A stretch of DNA of 34,463 nt from a virus. This document shows positions 32,937 to 34,463 of the stretch, piece after piece. The notes below the pieces were generated by a model. The model was not told where the DNA came from, made no database searches, and saw only the letters and a list, made by a program, of their open reading frames with translations. Each line of letters starts with the position of its first letter. Positions within the stretch are counted from its first letter, which is position 1. The DNA lies in the IMG/VR virus record IMGVR_UViG_3300045988_043822, positions 1-34,463 of that record. The stretch is one strand, 5' to 3'. Both the position numbers and the translations under genes were made by a program.

Positions 32937-33095
32937 ATGATAACAGTAATTAAAGTAAGATATTTTATAGATGGGGTAGGCAGGAACTACCTACCCGAAG
33001 TAAGCGAAAAAGTATTTGGTTCAATAGCCAGCGCACGGGAATTTTATAAGACAAAGTTCAATTCAACAATAATAAATTTAACTTACATAGCATGA
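32937..33095 (+). CDS. Hypothetical small protein (52 aa), not in the ORF track
   Basis: It reads MITVIKVRYFIDGVGRNYLPEVSEKVFGSIASAREFYKTKFNSTIINLTYIA. It starts 2 nt after the previous stop and ends in an ATGA overlap with the next gene. Confidence 0.5.
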   Translation: MITVIKVRYFIDGVGRNYLPEVSEKVFGSIASAREFYKTKFNSTIINLTYIA

Positions 33096-33715
33096 AAAAG
33101 TTTACAGCAACAGAGGCAGAAATGTTCCTAGAGAACGGGAGTAAATTAAATCAAGTTTTTAATTGTAGTGACGAATATCTAGAGGATTTTGTACAATACA
33201 TTTTGGAGGTATGCAGCCGAGCAAAAAACAGGGAAAAATTAGTAGTTAGGGGTTGGTACGATTGTGTCGGCTTCGTCCTAGAAATATTTTTCCCACTGGA
33301 GGCGGACGACGATGTACAAATAATGTTTGATAGTGATGTACATTTGAATGTAAATGAATCCACAGGGGATGTCTTTTACGCTGGCAAGTGGTACGAGATA
33401 GGCTTCATCAGTGCTAGGGCAAGGAACAGGAACACAGCAGGATTCGGTAGTGATCTGTACAAGGACAAAGAACCCGTGGAAGTTAAGGAGGACAAGGGAG
33501 ACGTACGTTCATACAATGTAGGATCGTCCGACTATGCCAAGCATGATATACAACCGTGGGACATTTGGAGAGAATATAATCTAAACCCGTGGGATGCCGA
33601 TATAGTGAAGCGCGTACTACGTACCAAAGAAACGGACGGACGAAGGTTAGACTACGAAAAGATTATCCACATTTGTAAAGAACGTATCAGACAGATAGAT
33701 GAGTATGGAAAGTAA
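33092..33715 (+). CDS. Protein with a C-terminal DUF3310-like domain
   Basis: The C-terminal block YAKHDIQPWDIWREYNLNPWDADIVKRVLRTKE...DYEKIIHICKERI matches the DUF3310 pattern as I remember it. Confidence 0.55.
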   Translation: MKKFTATEAEMFLENGSKLNQVFNCSDEYLEDFVQYILEVCSRAKNREKLVVRGWYDCVGFVLEIFFPLEADDDVQIMFDSDVHLNVNESTGDVFYAGKWYEIGFISARARNRNTAGFGSDLYKDKEPVEVKEDKGDVRSYNVGSSDYAKHDIQPWDIWREYNLNPWDADIVKRVLRTKETDGRRLDYEKIIHICKERIRQIDEYGK

Positions 33716-34016
33716 AACAATATATTCGGAGAAGTACCTAGAGCGTACCTTCACCGAGAAGCTAAACAAGTCGGGAAAATGTGAGGTTATAAAGCTGTTA
33801 TCCACTTTCGTAAAGGGCCTGCCCGATAGAATGGTTTTGTGCACTGGGGGCTATGTAGGCTTTGCAGAAATTAAGACCACGGGAAAGAAACCAACCAAGA
33901 TTCAGTTGTACATTCACAGCAAGCTAGAAAAGCTAGGTTACAAAGTGTTCGTAGTCTATGACGTGGAAACAAGGGATGAGGCAATAGAGTATTTCTTAAG
34001 CAAAGTAAAATTATGA
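33699..34016 (+). CDS. VRR-NUC domain nuclease
   Basis: GLPDRMVLCTGGYVGFAEIKTTGKKPTKIQ shows the PD...ExK...Q pattern. 105 aa. The gene overlaps both neighbours. Confidence 0.8.
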   Translation: MSMESKTIYSEKYLERTFTEKLNKSGKCEVIKLLSTFVKGLPDRMVLCTGGYVGFAEIKTTGKKPTKIQLYIHSKLEKLGYKVFVVYDVETRDEAIEYFLSKVKL

Positions 34017-34463
34017 ATACATCATTTGAAAGAGTAAAAAATAGTACGGACGAGTGGTACACTCCAAAATACATTATAGACGCTTTGGGGGAGTTCGACA
34101 CAGACCCGTGTTCACCTATGGTACCTCCGTTCAAAACGGCAAATACCATGTACAACAAGGAGAATGACGGGCTCGAACAGGAGTGGGTGGGCCGAGTATG
34201 GTTAAACCCTCCGTACTCTAGACCGTTGATAAACAAGTTCATTGAAAAGATGGTTAAACACAACAACGGAGTAGCCCTAGTTTTTAACAGGCTTGACAGT
34301 AAACTATTTCAAGAACAACTACTAGATAAAGCAACTTCAATGCTTATAATGAAAGGTAGAATTAAGTTCTTGCGTGATAACGGGCAGCAAGGTGGATCGG
34401 CCGGGTGTGGCTCTGTACTGTTTGCTTTCGGCGAGGAAAACGACTTGGCCTTAATGGCTAGCG
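34013..34463 (+). CDS. Phage Dam-like DNA N6-adenine methyltransferase; 5' part in this window, continues at 56-87 after the junction (160 aa in total)
   Basis: DEWYTPKYIIDALGEFDTDPCS and VWLNPPYS motifs. ATGA overlap with the VRR-NUC stop. Confidence 0.8.
   Translation, partial: MNTSFERVKNSTDEWYTPKYIIDALGEFDTDPCSPMVPPFKTANTMYNKENDGLEQEWVGRVWLNPPYSRPLINKFIEKMVKHNNGVALVFNRLDSKLFQEQLLDKATSMLIMKGRIKFLRDNGQQGGSAGCGSVLFAFGEENDLALMAS

Noticed and set aside
1460-34266. All minus-strand ORFs in the track: 1460-1843, 2273-2509, 2716-3018, 3142-3351, 4586-5023, 5145-5876, 7027-7251, 7900-8226, 9362-10267, 11456-13570, 14556-15095, 15566-15926, 17717-17932, 18701-19105, 20139-20754, 20978-21163, 22422-22955, 23050-24541, 24786-26083, 27108-28931, 28979-30790, 31916-32380, 33151-33844 and 33871-34266.
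   Set aside because: Each lies antisense to a longer + strand ORF that has recognisable motifs or tight operon packing. Their products are low-complexity or hydrophobic shadow translations. No promoter-like or start-context signal was seen for them.

Overview
The window looks like a complete, circularly closed dsDNA tailed-phage genome. Bases 1-55 are identical to 34409-34463, giving a unique length of 34,408 bp, and an ORF reads in frame across the junction. All credible genes are on the + strand. Start codons have A-rich leaders with no Shine-Dalgarno. Several intergenic regions carry the Bacteroidota-type promoter TTTG-N20-TAnnTTTG, so a Bacteroidota (Flavobacteriia-like) host is inferred.

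The genome has two arcs of about 17 kb each.
1) Arc 4.6-21.3 kb holds packaging, virion and lysis genes: terS, terL, tail-like proteins, a tape-measure-like protein, scaffold, major capsid, three tandem paralogs, portal, holin, a GH108 endolysin and a spanin-like protein.
2) Arc 21.7 kb through the junction to 4.0 kb holds early and replication genes: a Cas4-like PD-(D/E)XK nuclease (DUF2800-like), a DUF2815-like SSB, a metallophosphoesterase, a family A DNA polymerase, a VirE-type primase-helicase, a VRR-NUC nuclease, a Dam-like N6-adenine methyltransferase, an SNF2 helicase, two HNH-AP2 homing endonucleases (one frameshifted) and many small ORFs of unknown function.

I recognised no integrase, repressor, tRNA, CRISPR array or reverse transcriptase.

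The strongest unexplained signal is a pair of diverged ~307-bp non-coding elements at 4198-4504 and 21287-21593. They lie in the same orientation, almost exactly antipodal on the circle, at the two module boundaries. Each has mirrored arrays of GTTCCGACA/TGTCGGAAC around an AT-rich core.

Other non-coding structure:
- An exact 27-nt motif in front of several small early genes.
- A promoter class GTTAAC-N28-TAnnTTTG, including a 54-bp near-identical repeat.
- Recurrent GC hairpins in leaders.
- Inverted repeats at -7 boxes.
- A 33-bp tandem duplication that gives alternative arms for a 19-bp stem.

All functional calls come from motif reading by eye. No database search was possible.
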